From: an uncultured Gemmatimonadaceae bacterium
GTDB lineage: Bacteria > Gemmatimonadota > Gemmatimonadetes > Gemmatimonadales > Gemmatimonadaceae
DNA: 64,000 bases
Reading direction: 5' to 3'
Assembly (NCBI GenBank): GCA_963751275.1
Contig: CAVVTZ010000007.1
Location: forward strand, 416,001-480,000
Under the pieces are notes generated by a model. That model had not been told where the DNA came from. It did no database searches and saw only the letters and a list, made by a program, of their open reading frames with translations. Of this stretch, positions 33,587-43,011 are shown one piece after another. A program made the translations under genes and the position numbers. The number at the start of each line of letters is the position of its first letter. Position 1 is the first letter of the stretch.

Positions 33587-33767
33587 ATTCGAACCTCGAA
33601 CCGCGTCATTGGTCCCCGAACTCCGTGAGGAGCGAGTGGTTCGTGGTACTACGAACCACTCGTCATTGACGGAGTTCGGGGGACCAATGACGGGGTTCGG
33701 GTCGCCAGTTCCGTGGTCAGTGGTTCTGAGGAGCCGGCTGCTGTCGTGCAAGGCATGGGATAATCCC
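33587..33767. repeat. Direct repeat copy 1: long hairpin plus relic of the aguA 3' end
   Basis: Aligns with 34404-34576. Confidence 0.8.
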
Positions 33768-33875
33768 TGACGGGTTCTCTCCGACTGCGCGCGCCGTGCG
33801 GGCTGTTATGCTCGTACCGCGCGCGTTCGTTTGCCCGAGTGGCCGGATGCGCATCCCCGTATCGCAGGTGCCATC

Positions 33876-34454
33876 ATGAACTGGCCCTATCTCCACCTCC
33901 TTACGAATCACTTCCCGATCATGGTCACCGCCTTCGGGATCATGGTCCTCCTGCTCGCCGTCGTCACCCGCCGGCGCGCCGTGTGGATGTACGCACTGGC
34001 AACGCTGGCGGTGGCTGGTCTCAGCGCCGGCCCGGTCTACCTTGCGGGCAGTCAGGCCGAGGAGGCCGTGGAGGACATGAAGACGGTGCAACCGGCGCGG
34101 CTGGACGCACACGAGGAGAATGCCGAACTCGCCATCTGGTTCCTGCTCGGCATGGGCGCGATCTCGGGGTACGGTCTGTGGCGCATGCGGCGGGCGCCGT
34201 CGGATGAGCAGCCTCGCGCCTGGCTCCGCGGCGTGGTGGCCGCAACGGCACTGGCCAGCATGGCGACCATCACCGTGACGGCGCGGAGCGGCGGCAAGAT
34301 CGTCCACGGAGACAACACGCTCATGGGGAAACCGTCCCTCGTCGCGCAGCCGCCGGGACCGGGGACATACGACGGGAGAATGAGGAGGGCGGGAGGCGCT
34401 GAGATTCAACCTCGAAACGCGTTCTTGGTCCCCGAACTCCGTCATTCGCAGTAG
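33876..34454 (+). CDS. DUF2231-like membrane protein
   Basis: HLLTNHFPI, AHEENA, GGKIVHG; four TM helices. The C-terminal read-through into the hairpin may be an indel artefact (TGA at about 34381 in another frame). Confidence 0.7.
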   Translation: MNWPYLHLLTNHFPIMVTAFGIMVLLLAVVTRRRAVWMYALATLAVAGLSAGPVYLAGSQAEEAVEDMKTVQPARLDAHEENAELAIWFLLGMGAISGYGLWRMRRAPSDEQPRAWLRGVVAATALASMATITVTARSGGKIVHGDNTLMGKPSLVAQPPGPGTYDGRMRRAGGAEIQPRNAFLVPELRHSQ

Positions 34455-34576
34455 TTCGTTACGAACCACTTCGACTGGCGGAGTTCGGGGGACCAAGTAC
34501 GGCGTTCGGGTTGCCAGTTCCTCAGTTACATGCTCTTCGGAGCCGGCTGCTGCTGCGTGAGGCAGTGGATCGTGCC
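34404..34576. repeat. Direct repeat copy 2: long hairpin plus the current aguA 3' end
   Basis: TTGGTCCCCGAACTCCGT...CGGAGTTCGGGGGACCAA, as in copy 1. Confidence 0.8.
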
Positions 34577-35566
34577 GAGTCCCCAGACTAGATCCACCGC
34601 GTGGATGCCGACCACTTCCCGCCCCGGGAATAGTTGCGCGATGATGTTCAGCGCCGCCCGGTCGTTCGGGTCGTTGAACGTCGGGACGAGCACCACGCCG
34701 TTCGCGATGTAGAAGTTCGCGTAGCTCGCGGGCAGGCGCTGGCCGTCCATGATCACGGCGCGCGGATACGGCAGCTTCACCACGCGCAGGCCGCCGGCCA
34801 GTTCCAGCCGGCGCAGGTTGTCCTTCGAGCGCGCGTGATTCTCGTCGCGCGGGTCGGGCTCGTATGCGAGCGCCACGGTGTGCGCGTCGGTGAAGCGCGC
34901 GATGTCGTCCACGTGGCCGTGCGTGTCGTCGCCCACGCAGCCTTGCCCAAGCCAGACCGTGCGGCGGATGCCGAGCCACTGCGCGAACGCGCGCTCGTAG
35001 GCGGCGCGGTCCATGCCGGGATTGCGCACCTGCACCTTCGACAGCAGCCACTCCTCGGTCACGAGCATGGTGCCGGCGCCGTCGGTCTCGATGCCGCCGC
35101 CCTCGAGCACGAGCGGCTTGCCGTTATCCTCACGCACGGCGGTGGTGAACGGCGCGCCGCTGAACTTCGCGATCGCGGCGCCGACCTTCACGTCGCGCTT
35201 GAAGTTCGCGTACTTCGCCCAGCCGTTGAAGCGCCAGCCGATCCAGCGCAGCGCGCCGTGCGGGTCGAGCACGCCCGTGGGGCCGGAATCGCGCGTCCAG
35301 ACGCGGTCGCTCGCGGTGATGCGCCGCCCCACGCGCGCGAGATCCACGCCGTGCGCCCTCAGCGCCGACTCGGCGCTCTTCTTCACCGCGGCGTCATGAC
35401 ACAGGATCTCGACGCGCTCGTGCCCATGCAGCGCGCGCACGATCTCGGCGTACACCCACGGGATGGGGGCGAACTTCCCCGGCCAGTCGGGCTTGTGGTG
35501 CGGCCAGCTGATCCAGGTCGCCGTGTGCGGTTCCCACTCCGCGGGCCAGCGGACCCCCAGCGTCAT
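34526..35566 (-). CDS. aguA: Agmatine deiminase
   Basis: PAEWEPH, WTRDSGP, LEGGGIE, DTHGHVD, ASYANFY, GTIHCLTQQQP. Confidence 0.92.
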   Translation of the reverse strand: MTLGVRWPAEWEPHTATWISWPHHKPDWPGKFAPIPWVYAEIVRALHGHERVEILCHDAAVKKSAESALRAHGVDLARVGRRITASDRVWTRDSGPTGVLDPHGALRWIGWRFNGWAKYANFKRDVKVGAAIAKFSGAPFTTAVREDNGKPLVLEGGGIETDGAGTMLVTEEWLLSKVQVRNPGMDRAAYERAFAQWLGIRRTVWLGQGCVGDDTHGHVDDIARFTDAHTVALAYEPDPRDENHARSKDNLRRLELAGGLRVVKLPYPRAVIMDGQRLPASYANFYIANGVVLVPTFNDPNDRAALNIIAQLFPGREVVGIHAVDLVWGLGTIHCLTQQQPAPKSM

Positions 35567-36465
35567 CCGATCCACCGGTTCAGGATCGGCCCGTACGCGT
35601 CGATCCGGCGGTCGCGGAAGAAGGGCCAGTTCCGGCGCGTGTATTCGATGAGCGCGGGATCGAGCGATGCGATGACGATGGCGGGATCGGTTCCGGCTTC
35701 GGCGACGAGGCGGCCGAAGGGGTCCGCGATGAATGAGTGGCCGAAGAACTCGAGCCCGTCGGTGCCCGGCTCGGCTTCGAAGCCCACGCGGTTCGCGGCG
35801 GCGATGAAGACGCCGTTGGCGATCGCGTGCGCGCGCTGCGCGGTGCGCCACGCGTCGGCCTGCGCCGCGCCCCACTCCGCTTTCTCCTTCGGGTGCCAGC
35901 CGATGGCGGTGGGATAGAAGATCACTTGCGCGCCCATGAGCGCCGTGATGCGCGCGGCTTCGGGGTACCACTGGTCCCAGCAGATGAGCACGCCGATCGT
36001 CGCGAACTTCGTCTTGAACACGCGGAATCCCGCGGCCGGGCGGGTCTCGTCGTGCTGGTAGATCTCGCCGGGCGTGAAGTAATACTTCTCGTGGTACAGC
36101 GGATCGTCGGGGATGTGCATCTTGCGGTAGACGCCAAGCAGCGCGCCATCGGCGTCGACGACGGCGGCGGAGTTGTGATACACGCCCGCGCCGCGCCGTT
36201 CGAAGATCGGCACGATGATCACGACGCCCAATTCCTTCGCGAGCACCTGCATGCGTTCGACCGTGGGCCCGGGGATCGGCTCGGCAAGGTCGAAGCGTTC
36301 CGCGTCGGTCACTTTGCAGAAGTACGGCGCGTTGAACAATTCCTGCAGACAGATGATGTTCGCGCCGCGCGCGGCGGCCTCGCGGATCTTGGCCGCAGCC
36401 GCTTCGACCGCCGCCTTCGCGTCGGTGGGCACGGCCTGCTGGATGAGCGCGACGGAGAAGGGCAC
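35563..36465 (-). CDS. aguB: N-carbamoylputrescine amidase (carbon-nitrogen hydrolase)
   Basis: LQELF, YRKMHIPDDP, ICWDQWYPE, YPTAIGW; adjacent to aguA. Confidence 0.88.
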   Translation of the reverse strand: MPFSVALIQQAVPTDAKAAVEAAAAKIREAAARGANIICLQELFNAPYFCKVTDAERFDLAEPIPGPTVERMQVLAKELGVVIIVPIFERRGAGVYHNSAAVVDADGALLGVYRKMHIPDDPLYHEKYYFTPGEIYQHDETRPAAGFRVFKTKFATIGVLICWDQWYPEAARITALMGAQVIFYPTAIGWHPKEKAEWGAAQADAWRTAQRAHAIANGVFIAAANRVGFEAEPGTDGLEFFGHSFIADPFGRLVAEAGTDPAIVIASLDPALIEYTRRNWPFFRDRRIDAYGPILNRWIG

Positions 36466-36517
36466 GTGAACTCGCGGCGGAAGAGCGGGTGCGGCGGCGG
36501 GGCCGCCGGGCGAAAAA

Positions 36518-37972
36518 CTACTGCGTGATCCGCCGAAAGCTACCCGAGATCCGGGCGAGCGCACCGGGGGTCTTCTTCTCCATCATCTCCGCGGTGGGCG
36601 GGCCGCACACACCGATCACGACATCCATGACGTTCGTGGAGGTGAGGTCGGTGCGGAGAAGGGCGCCGGCCGCGTCGAGCGCGGGATAGGCATCGTGGCC
36701 GGCGAGATCCTTTTCCGGGTCGCGGCCGGCGCGCGCGATGTCGTTCCACGTCTCGCGATTCACTACGGCGCCCGCGGCGTCGGTGGCGCCGTCGCGGCCG
36801 TCGGTGCCGCAGGCGAGGATCGTCGAACCGCGCGCGCTCTTCACGAGCGCGAGCTCCTTCGCGGCCGAGAGGGCGAGCTCCTGGCAGCGGCCGCCGGATC
36901 CGTGCGGGCCCTCGCGCAGCGACACCGTGGTCTCGCCGCCCCAGATGAGGCACGCGCGGCCGGCGCGCTCCGCGATCGTGGGTGTCGCGGAACCGCAGGT
37001 GCTGGCGAGCGACGCGGCCACGCGCTTCCCCGCTGACATCGCATCGCCCGAGAGCGTGGTGCTCATGATGCGCGGATCGTAGCCGAGTTCTTTCGCGCGC
37101 GTGGCGATCGCATCGAGCGCGGTGCGGTTGCTCGCGATGATGCGGCGCTCGACGTTCTCGAACACCGGGTCGCCCGCTTTGGGCGTTTCGAGCCCGGGGT
37201 CACGCTCCACGGCGTGCAGGTAGCGGCGCAGCGTGATCGGCACGAGGTCCCAGAGCTTGTAGGCAACGAGGATGGAACGCACCTGGCTGGCGGTGCTCGG
37301 GTCGGGGACGCAGGGGCCGGAGCCGATCGCGGCGAGGTCGTCGCCGATCACATCGGAGATGATGAAGTTCCGCACCTTGTGCGCCTTCAGCGCGGCGGCG
37401 AGGCGGCCCGCGCCCCAACGCGTGAAGCGTTTGCGGATGAGGTTCATGGTGGCGATGTCGAGCCCCGAGCCGTGCAGCAGCTCGAAGAGCTGCACCATCT
37501 CCTCGGGCTTGAGCGCCGCATCGGGCGCGGCGATGAGACTCGTCGAACCGCCGGAGAGGAGCACCCACGCGTCGTCGTCGGGGCGGACCTTCGCGGCGGT
37601 CATCTCGATCACGCGGGCGGCGGTGAGAGACCGCACGCCCGGCGCCGGATGGTCGCCGACGAGCATCTCGAGGTTCGGATGCGGGCTCGGCACTTGGCGC
37701 GGCGCGACGATCGCGCCGCCCGCCGGCTCCATGCCGTGCTCGCGCAGCCACTCGACCGCGGCGATCGCCATCGGGTTCGCCGCTTTGCCGATCGCGAAGA
37801 TCCAGATGCGCCGGCGCTCCTTCTCCGGCGGGATCTTGTCGAGCGCCGCGCGCAGCGCGGGCGCCGGCGAGACGGCGCGAATCGCGGCCCAGTACAGCTG
37901 AATGAGCGTGGCCCGCGCGTCCATCGGCGCATCGGGCGCGACGGCCCACATCGGCTGACTGGGAGTCTTCAT
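36518..37972 (-). CDS. Glycerate kinase, type 2 (DUF4147/MOFRL)
   Basis: IGKAA, LLSGGSTSL, SDVIGDD..IGSGP, GGETTV, GGRCQE, GTDGRDG, TNVMD. Confidence 0.88.
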   Translation of the reverse strand: MKTPSQPMWAVAPDAPMDARATLIQLYWAAIRAVSPAPALRAALDKIPPEKERRRIWIFAIGKAANPMAIAAVEWLREHGMEPAGGAIVAPRQVPSPHPNLEMLVGDHPAPGVRSLTAARVIEMTAAKVRPDDDAWVLLSGGSTSLIAAPDAALKPEEMVQLFELLHGSGLDIATMNLIRKRFTRWGAGRLAAALKAHKVRNFIISDVIGDDLAAIGSGPCVPDPSTASQVRSILVAYKLWDLVPITLRRYLHAVERDPGLETPKAGDPVFENVERRIIASNRTALDAIATRAKELGYDPRIMSTTLSGDAMSAGKRVAASLASTCGSATPTIAERAGRACLIWGGETTVSLREGPHGSGGRCQELALSAAKELALVKSARGSTILACGTDGRDGATDAAGAVVNRETWNDIARAGRDPEKDLAGHDAYPALDAAGALLRTDLTSTNVMDVVIGVCGPPTAEMMEKKTPGALARISGSFRRITQ

Positions 37973-38041
37973 GAGCGGAAACTTATGGCATGCCGCGGGA
38001 AGCGCGAGAGAAAGTTATTTCTCACGGTCGAGCCGGTGGCG

Positions 38042-38132
38042 CATCGCGCATCGTGCGTCGGCCATCGGTCGCCGGATTCGGGCATCGCGACCGCACGAAG
38101 CGGTCACGATGGCCGACGCACGATGCACGATG
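38042..38132. repeat. Hairpin with heptamer (GCATCGY) repeats
   Basis: 26-bp arms with one mismatch, just after the peroxiredoxin stop. Confidence 0.75.
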
Positions 38133-38134
38133 AA

Positions 38135-38695
38135 CTATTTCGCTCCCGCCTTCTTCACCTCGTTCCCGAGCGTGGTATACGCGTCGGCCGACATCACGTT
38201 GAACGGTGCGCGGTACGTGATCTTCCCGTTGGGTGCGATCACGAACACGACGCGCGTGTCCATCGCGTACTTCTCGTTGTACACGCCGTACGCGGAGCCG
38301 ATCGCGTGGCCGGTGTCGCTCACGAACGTCATGGGGAACTTGGCATCGTGCGCCCAGCTCGCGAGCGTGGTGTCCGCATCGACGGAGATGCCGAGGACGA
38401 CGACGCCGTTGCCGTTGTTGAAGAGCGTGGCGTACTGATCACGGTACGCCTCCATTTGGATCGTTCAGCCCTTGGTCCGCGCCTTGAAGAAGAAGGCTAG
38501 CACGACGGTCTTCCCCTTGTACGTTGCGAGGCTCACCGAGGGGATGAGGCCGGACATGTTCGCGCCGGGCGCCGTGAAGTTCGGGGCGACGGATCCGGTG
38601 TCGACTATGGATGCCGTGGGCGCGGCCTGCGCGATGGCCGATGATATCGGAGCAGTGACGAGTACCGCTGCCGCGATGAGCCGGACGATTCTCAT
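38135..38695 (-). CDS. Secreted peroxiredoxin (BCP/AhpC-TSA type) selenoprotein, UGA read as Sec
   Basis: ORFs 38465..38695 and 38135..38455 are in frame. The TGA falls at the peroxidatic Cys position (FFKARTKG-U-T). GISVD and RVVFVI motifs follow. Confidence 0.85.
38429..38450 (-). promoter_or_regulatory. Candidate bacterial SECIS element
   Basis: GGCGUAC-CGUGAUCA-GUACGCC stem-loop starting 14 nt after the UGA, with GU near the start of the loop. Confidence 0.65.
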
Positions 38696-38770
38696 GGGAC
38701 CTCCACTAGGGGTAACGCCCTAAGGTACGCGCTAACGCCGTATAGCGGAACCGTTCGCGGGGTCCGGGTC

Positions 38771-38891
38771 TGAAACGAACTGCTTTTGACAGGATGAACA
38801 GGATAACTGCTGATGAACGACATGAGGCGGCCCCGCCTCATGTCGTTCATCAGCAGTTATCCTGTTCATCCTGTCAAAGCAGTTCGCTTCA
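38771..38891. repeat. Long hairpin (GACAGGAT family)
   Basis: About 54-bp arms, 2-nt loop, one extra T. The outer end includes the stop codon of the dehydrogenase gene. Confidence 0.92.
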
Positions 38892-40106
38892 ATACTTGAA
38901 CGCCACCTTGATGCTGCCTTCCCCGCGTTTATCCATCGCGGTCGCGAGGGCCGCCCGATATTCGCCGAGCGGGAAGGTATGCGTCAGCAACGGGCGGACG
39001 TTGGCCTTCCCTGTGGAGATCAGCATCGCCGCTTCGTGGAAATCATCCGGATCCGCGGCACCATGCCCGTGTGACCCGTGGAACACCGAGCCGCGCACCG
39101 ACAGCTCCTTCACCCAGAGCGGCGTCCAGTCGAGTCCCTTCATCGTGCTCGAGTTGCCGAGCAGAACGATCGTGCCGCCGGCGGTGGTGAAGCGCATGGC
39201 GTCGTCCATGCCGCGGGCGCCGCTCACGCAGACGAACGTCAGGTCGAAGCCGCCGATGCCGATCGGTTTGCCGAGGATCGGCTGCAACAGTTTGGTGCCC
39301 GCGACGTCGGCGAGGGTCTTGAGATAATTCCCCTTCGCCTTCACGACGTTCGCGGCGCCGAAGCGCGTCGCGTGCTCGCCCTGGAAGTCGTAGCGCGCGA
39401 GCACGGTCACGCGCGCGGCGGGCGCGAGGGCGCGAATGGCCGCAGTCGCGAGCAGTCCGATGGAACCCGCGCCGATCACCAGCACGCGCGCGCCGGGCGC
39501 GGGAAGGTTCGAGCGCACCGCGCGCACCGAGCACGAGAAGGGCTCGATGAGCACGGCCAGCTCGTCGGGCATGCCGTCGGCCAGCTTCAGCAGGTGCGAC
39601 TCGTGCGCGACGAACTGCTCGCCCCACCCGCCGCCGAGACCGCGCGTGGTGCCGATGAGCACGCCGGCCGGCAGCGGGCCGGTCGTGAAATTCACGCAGC
39701 GCCCGTGCTGTCCGTCCGCGCACGCCGCGCACACCGGCGCGATGCCGCGCGACTCGCAGCAGAGCAGGGGGTTCGCGGCCACGCGGTCGCCGGCCTTCAC
39801 CGCGGTCACCGCGGCTCCGCACTCGATCACCTCGCCCACCAGCTCGTGGCCGAGCACGAAGGGGAAGCTCGAGAACGGTGAGTTCGAAGGGCTCGCGCCG
39901 AGCGTGACGACGTTGATGTCGCTGCCGCAGATGCCGCCCATCCGCGTGCGCAGGCGCACCCACTTGTCGGTCGGCAGCGCCGGCGCCTCGACGTCGCCGT
40001 ACGTCGTGCAGGCGTGCGGCCCCACGTAGAAGCGATCGCTCAGCTTGCCCGCGGCGAGCGTGGCGAGATAGGTCGGGATCGGCGCCGCGAACGAGATCGC
40101 TTTCAC
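38889..40106 (-). CDS. Zinc-binding medium-chain dehydrogenase/reductase
   Basis: GICGSD, LGHELVG, C-x8-CxxC-x7-C structural zinc site, GAGSIG. Confidence 0.88.
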   Translation of the reverse strand: MKAISFAAPIPTYLATLAAGKLSDRFYVGPHACTTYGDVEAPALPTDKWVRLRTRMGGICGSDINVVTLGASPSNSPFSSFPFVLGHELVGEVIECGAAVTAVKAGDRVAANPLLCCESRGIAPVCAACADGQHGRCVNFTTGPLPAGVLIGTTRGLGGGWGEQFVAHESHLLKLADGMPDELAVLIEPFSCSVRAVRSNLPAPGARVLVIGAGSIGLLATAAIRALAPAARVTVLARYDFQGEHATRFGAANVVKAKGNYLKTLADVAGTKLLQPILGKPIGIGGFDLTFVCVSGARGMDDAMRFTTAGGTIVLLGNSSTMKGLDWTPLWVKELSVRGSVFHGSHGHGAADPDDFHEAAMLISTGKANVRPLLTHTFPLGEYRAALATAMDKRGEGSIKVAFKY

Positions 40107-41014
40107 GCCGGCGCGCTCCCCTTGGGCGGCACCACGAGGCGCAGCGCCCGCGGCACGGTCGTGATCTCGAGCACCGCACTCTTCGCGCGGTTGTACTCGC
40201 CGTCGGTCTCGTACGCGGGCGGTTCCGTGAAGCGCAGCGTGAAGGACGCCGACTGTTCGGCGTCCACGCTCGCGTGCGTCATGTGCGTGCCCTTGCCCAC
40301 CGCGCCGAAGAGATTCGCGCGCTGGATGGGCGACGCGTCGTGGATCGCGATCAGGTCGAGCTTGCCGTCGGCGAGATCCGCTTTGGGTGCGATCACGAAC
40401 GTGCCGCCGAAATACTTCGCGTTCGCGACGATCACCATGAGATGCTGCTTCATGCCGCGCGGCTTGGCTGGGCTCGCGATATCCACCATGAGCCCTTTGT
40501 AGCTCAGCAGCTGCTTGAGCGCCGAGTACTTGTAGAGGAGATAGCCGCGCAGCCACCAGATGCTCTCGATGTCCTCGAGCACGGCGATATCGAAGCCGAA
40601 GCCGGTGATGTTCAGGAAATACTTGTCCTCGATCCGGCCGACGTCGATCAGCGTGTCGGGGCCGTGCACCGCCAACCGCGCCATCTGTTCGATGTCGGCG
40701 GCCGGGATGTCCAGCGATTTCGCGAAGTCGTTGCCGGTGCCCGCCGCCACGATCGCGAGGCGGCAGGTGCTCTTCGCCGCGACGAGCGCGTTGGCGATGT
40801 TGCTCCACGTGCCGTCGCCGCCGCAGCCGACGATCGTCGTGGCGCCCTCGCGCAGGGCCTGGGCCGCGAGTTCGCGTTCCTGGCCCGGCGAGGTGGTGAA
40901 TCGGATGTCGGTGACGCCGACGTCGGCGAACGCGCGGTGTATGTGCTCCGCCGTCTTCGCACCCCGCCCCCTTCCGGAGGCGGGGTTGACGATGACGGTG
41001 ACCTTCTCACTCAT
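40103..41014 (-). CDS. Diacylglycerol/sphingosine/ceramide kinase family protein
   Basis: IVNPASGRG, GGDGT, GTGNDFA, GFGFD, DGKLD, DGE. Confidence 0.9.
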   Translation of the reverse strand: MSEKVTVIVNPASGRGRGAKTAEHIHRAFADVGVTDIRFTTSPGQERELAAQALREGATTIVGCGGDGTWSNIANALVAAKSTCRLAIVAAGTGNDFAKSLDIPAADIEQMARLAVHGPDTLIDVGRIEDKYFLNITGFGFDIAVLEDIESIWWLRGYLLYKYSALKQLLSYKGLMVDIASPAKPRGMKQHLMVIVANAKYFGGTFVIAPKADLADGKLDLIAIHDASPIQRANLFGAVGKGTHMTHASVDAEQSASFTLRFTEPPAYETDGEYNRAKSAVLEITTVPRALRLVVPPKGSAPA

Positions 41015-41706
41015 CGCTTCGCGTAGCTCGCGAGCGTCTGGAGCGGGTGGAAGGTCTGGAGGCCGTTCTTCATCCACAACTCACGGAAGGGCTTGAAGTC
41101 CACGTCCCAATCCGCGAGCAGGTCGGTCATCGCCTGCGAATGGATCGTGATGCCGCCGCGCTCCTCTTCGTTCTCGCTGAACTGGCTCGCCATGATGATC
41201 GTGGAGGTGTACGCGCCCTCCTCGTCGTTCATGAACGCCTGGTAGCGGTGCTCCACGTTCGACCACTCGTGCTCGGTGATCGTCATGTCGACGATCGGCT
41301 GGCCGCGGTCGGTGGCGTGGATCGTGATGTGCCCGTCGCCGCGCACCCACGTGATGCCGATGTCCTGCATGTAGTGCGGCAGGTGCCAGCGCTCGATCGC
41401 GTGCTCACGCGATTCGCGCGTGGTGGTGCCGAGGCGGAACGGATAGAACGCGCTGCGCGGCATCGGCTGCCCCGGCTCGATGCGCGGGGCGACGAGGATC
41501 GACAGGATCAGCTCGCCGTAATCGCCGACCGGGCTGTTGGTGAAATCGAACGCCATGACCGACAGCACGCTGGAGCCGTGGTGCGGCTCGATCGGCTGCA
41601 GCTCGGGCGGCAGGATCGCCTTCGCGTTCTCCGTGGGGAACTCGAAGAAGCCGCCGATGGCATCACGGTAATGGTACTGGACGTAACCCTCTTTGCTCGT
41701 GCTCAT
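41011..41706 (-). CDS. Acetoacetate decarboxylase-like fold protein
   Basis: ILPPELQP, FTNSPVGDYGELI, AIERWHLP pattern; operonic overlaps on both sides. Confidence 0.55.
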   Translation of the reverse strand: MSTSKEGYVQYHYRDAIGGFFEFPTENAKAILPPELQPIEPHHGSSVLSVMAFDFTNSPVGDYGELILSILVAPRIEPGQPMPRSAFYPFRLGTTTRESREHAIERWHLPHYMQDIGITWVRGDGHITIHATDRGQPIVDMTITEHEWSNVEHRYQAFMNDEEGAYTSTIIMASQFSENEEERGGITIHSQAMTDLLADWDVDFKPFRELWMKNGLQTFHPLQTLASYAKR

Positions 41707-42983
41707 ACGAGAATGCCCTCTTCGCGGAGAACCTTGACGAGGATCGCGACGCCCTCGTCGAGCTGGTCGGTGGTGTGCGAGGCCGAGATGGACACCCGGA
41801 AACGCGACCGGTGCTTTGCCACTGCGGGATAGATGATCGGCTGCAGGTACAGGCCGGCGCGGAGGAGCTTGTGTCCCAGCTCGAACACGCGGCGGTCGTT
41901 CTTGACCATGATGGGGATGACCTGCGACGTGGAGTCGCCGATGTCCACGCCGGCCTCTTCGAGGCGGGCGCGGATGTGCGCCACGTTCTTCCAGAGCTGC
42001 GCGCGGAGCTGCGGCTCGGCCTGCGCGATCTCGAGGCTCTTCAGCACGCCCGCCGCGACCACCGGCGACAGCGCGCACGAGAAGACGCGCGACCGCGCGA
42101 ACCCTTTGAGATAGTTGTAGAGGTTCTTCGAACCGGCGACGTAGCCGCCCTGCCCGCCGAGCGCCTTCGAGAAGGTGCCCACGTGCATGTCGACCTCATC
42201 CTCCAATCCGAACTGCTCGGCGACGCCGCGGCCGTGCTCGCCGTACACGAACGCCGAGTGCGCTTCGTCGAGCAGGATGCGCGCGCCGTACTTCTTGGCG
42301 ACCGCCACGAGCTCGGGGAGCGGACAGACATCGCCGTCCATGGAGTACACGCCCTCGATGGCGACGAGGATCTTCTTCCCCTTCACCTTCTGGAGCTTCT
42401 TCTCCAGGTCCACCGGATTGTTGTGGCGGAAGAAGCGCACATCCGCCTTGGAGAGGATGGCGCCGTCCACGATGCTCGCGTGCGAGTTCTGGTCGGCGAT
42501 CACCCAATCACCGGGGCGCATGAGACCGGAGATCAATCCAATGTTCGTGCTGTAGCCCGTGGGGAAGACCATGACGGCTTCCTTGCCCTTGAACTTCGCG
42601 AGCGCCGCCTCGAGCTGCATGTGCACGTCCATCGTGCCGCTGAGGATGGGCGAGCCGGCGGCGCCGAGTCCGTACTGGTCGAGCGCGGCCTTCGCGGCGG
42701 CGATCACCTCGGGACGCGACGACAGTCCCAGATAGTTGTACGAGCTGAGATTCAGCAGCTCGAGCTTCTTCCCATCGCGCATCTCGGTGAGCATCACGTG
42801 CCCGCCCGGCGGCGTGGAGATCGGCTGGCCGAAGAGGTAGTAGCCCTCCGGCACGGCCCGGTTGTACCATTCGTTATACGGCTCAAGGATCGCGAACGGG
42901 TCGTCGCTCGACGAATAGAAGAAACTGCTATAGTCGTAGTCGAGCGGGTTCATCGCCGTTTGCGGTTCCATGCGGATCGCCAT
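41703..42983 (-). CDS. Alpha-oxoamine synthase family PLP enzyme, serine palmitoyltransferase-like
   Basis: SYNYLGL, FPTGYSTN, SHASI, YSMDGD, DEAHS, GTFSKALG. Confidence 0.8.
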   Translation of the reverse strand: MAIRMEPQTAMNPLDYDYSSFFYSSSDDPFAILEPYNEWYNRAVPEGYYLFGQPISTPPGGHVMLTEMRDGKKLELLNLSSYNYLGLSSRPEVIAAAKAALDQYGLGAAGSPILSGTMDVHMQLEAALAKFKGKEAVMVFPTGYSTNIGLISGLMRPGDWVIADQNSHASIVDGAILSKADVRFFRHNNPVDLEKKLQKVKGKKILVAIEGVYSMDGDVCPLPELVAVAKKYGARILLDEAHSAFVYGEHGRGVAEQFGLEDEVDMHVGTFSKALGGQGGYVAGSKNLYNYLKGFARSRVFSCALSPVVAAGVLKSLEIAQAEPQLRAQLWKNVAHIRARLEEAGVDIGDSTSQVIPIMVKNDRRVFELGHKLLRAGLYLQPIIYPAVAKHRSRFRVSISASHTTDQLDEGVAILVKVLREEGILV

Positions 42984-43011
42984 GTTGTGACCTCCAATTA
43001 TTCACTGCGGC

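Noticed and set aside
33575..34525. Hairpins as integron attC sites
   Set aside because: TAAC at the stop and a bulged G are suggestive, but there are no complementary RYYYAAC/GTTRRRY ends and no integrase in the window.
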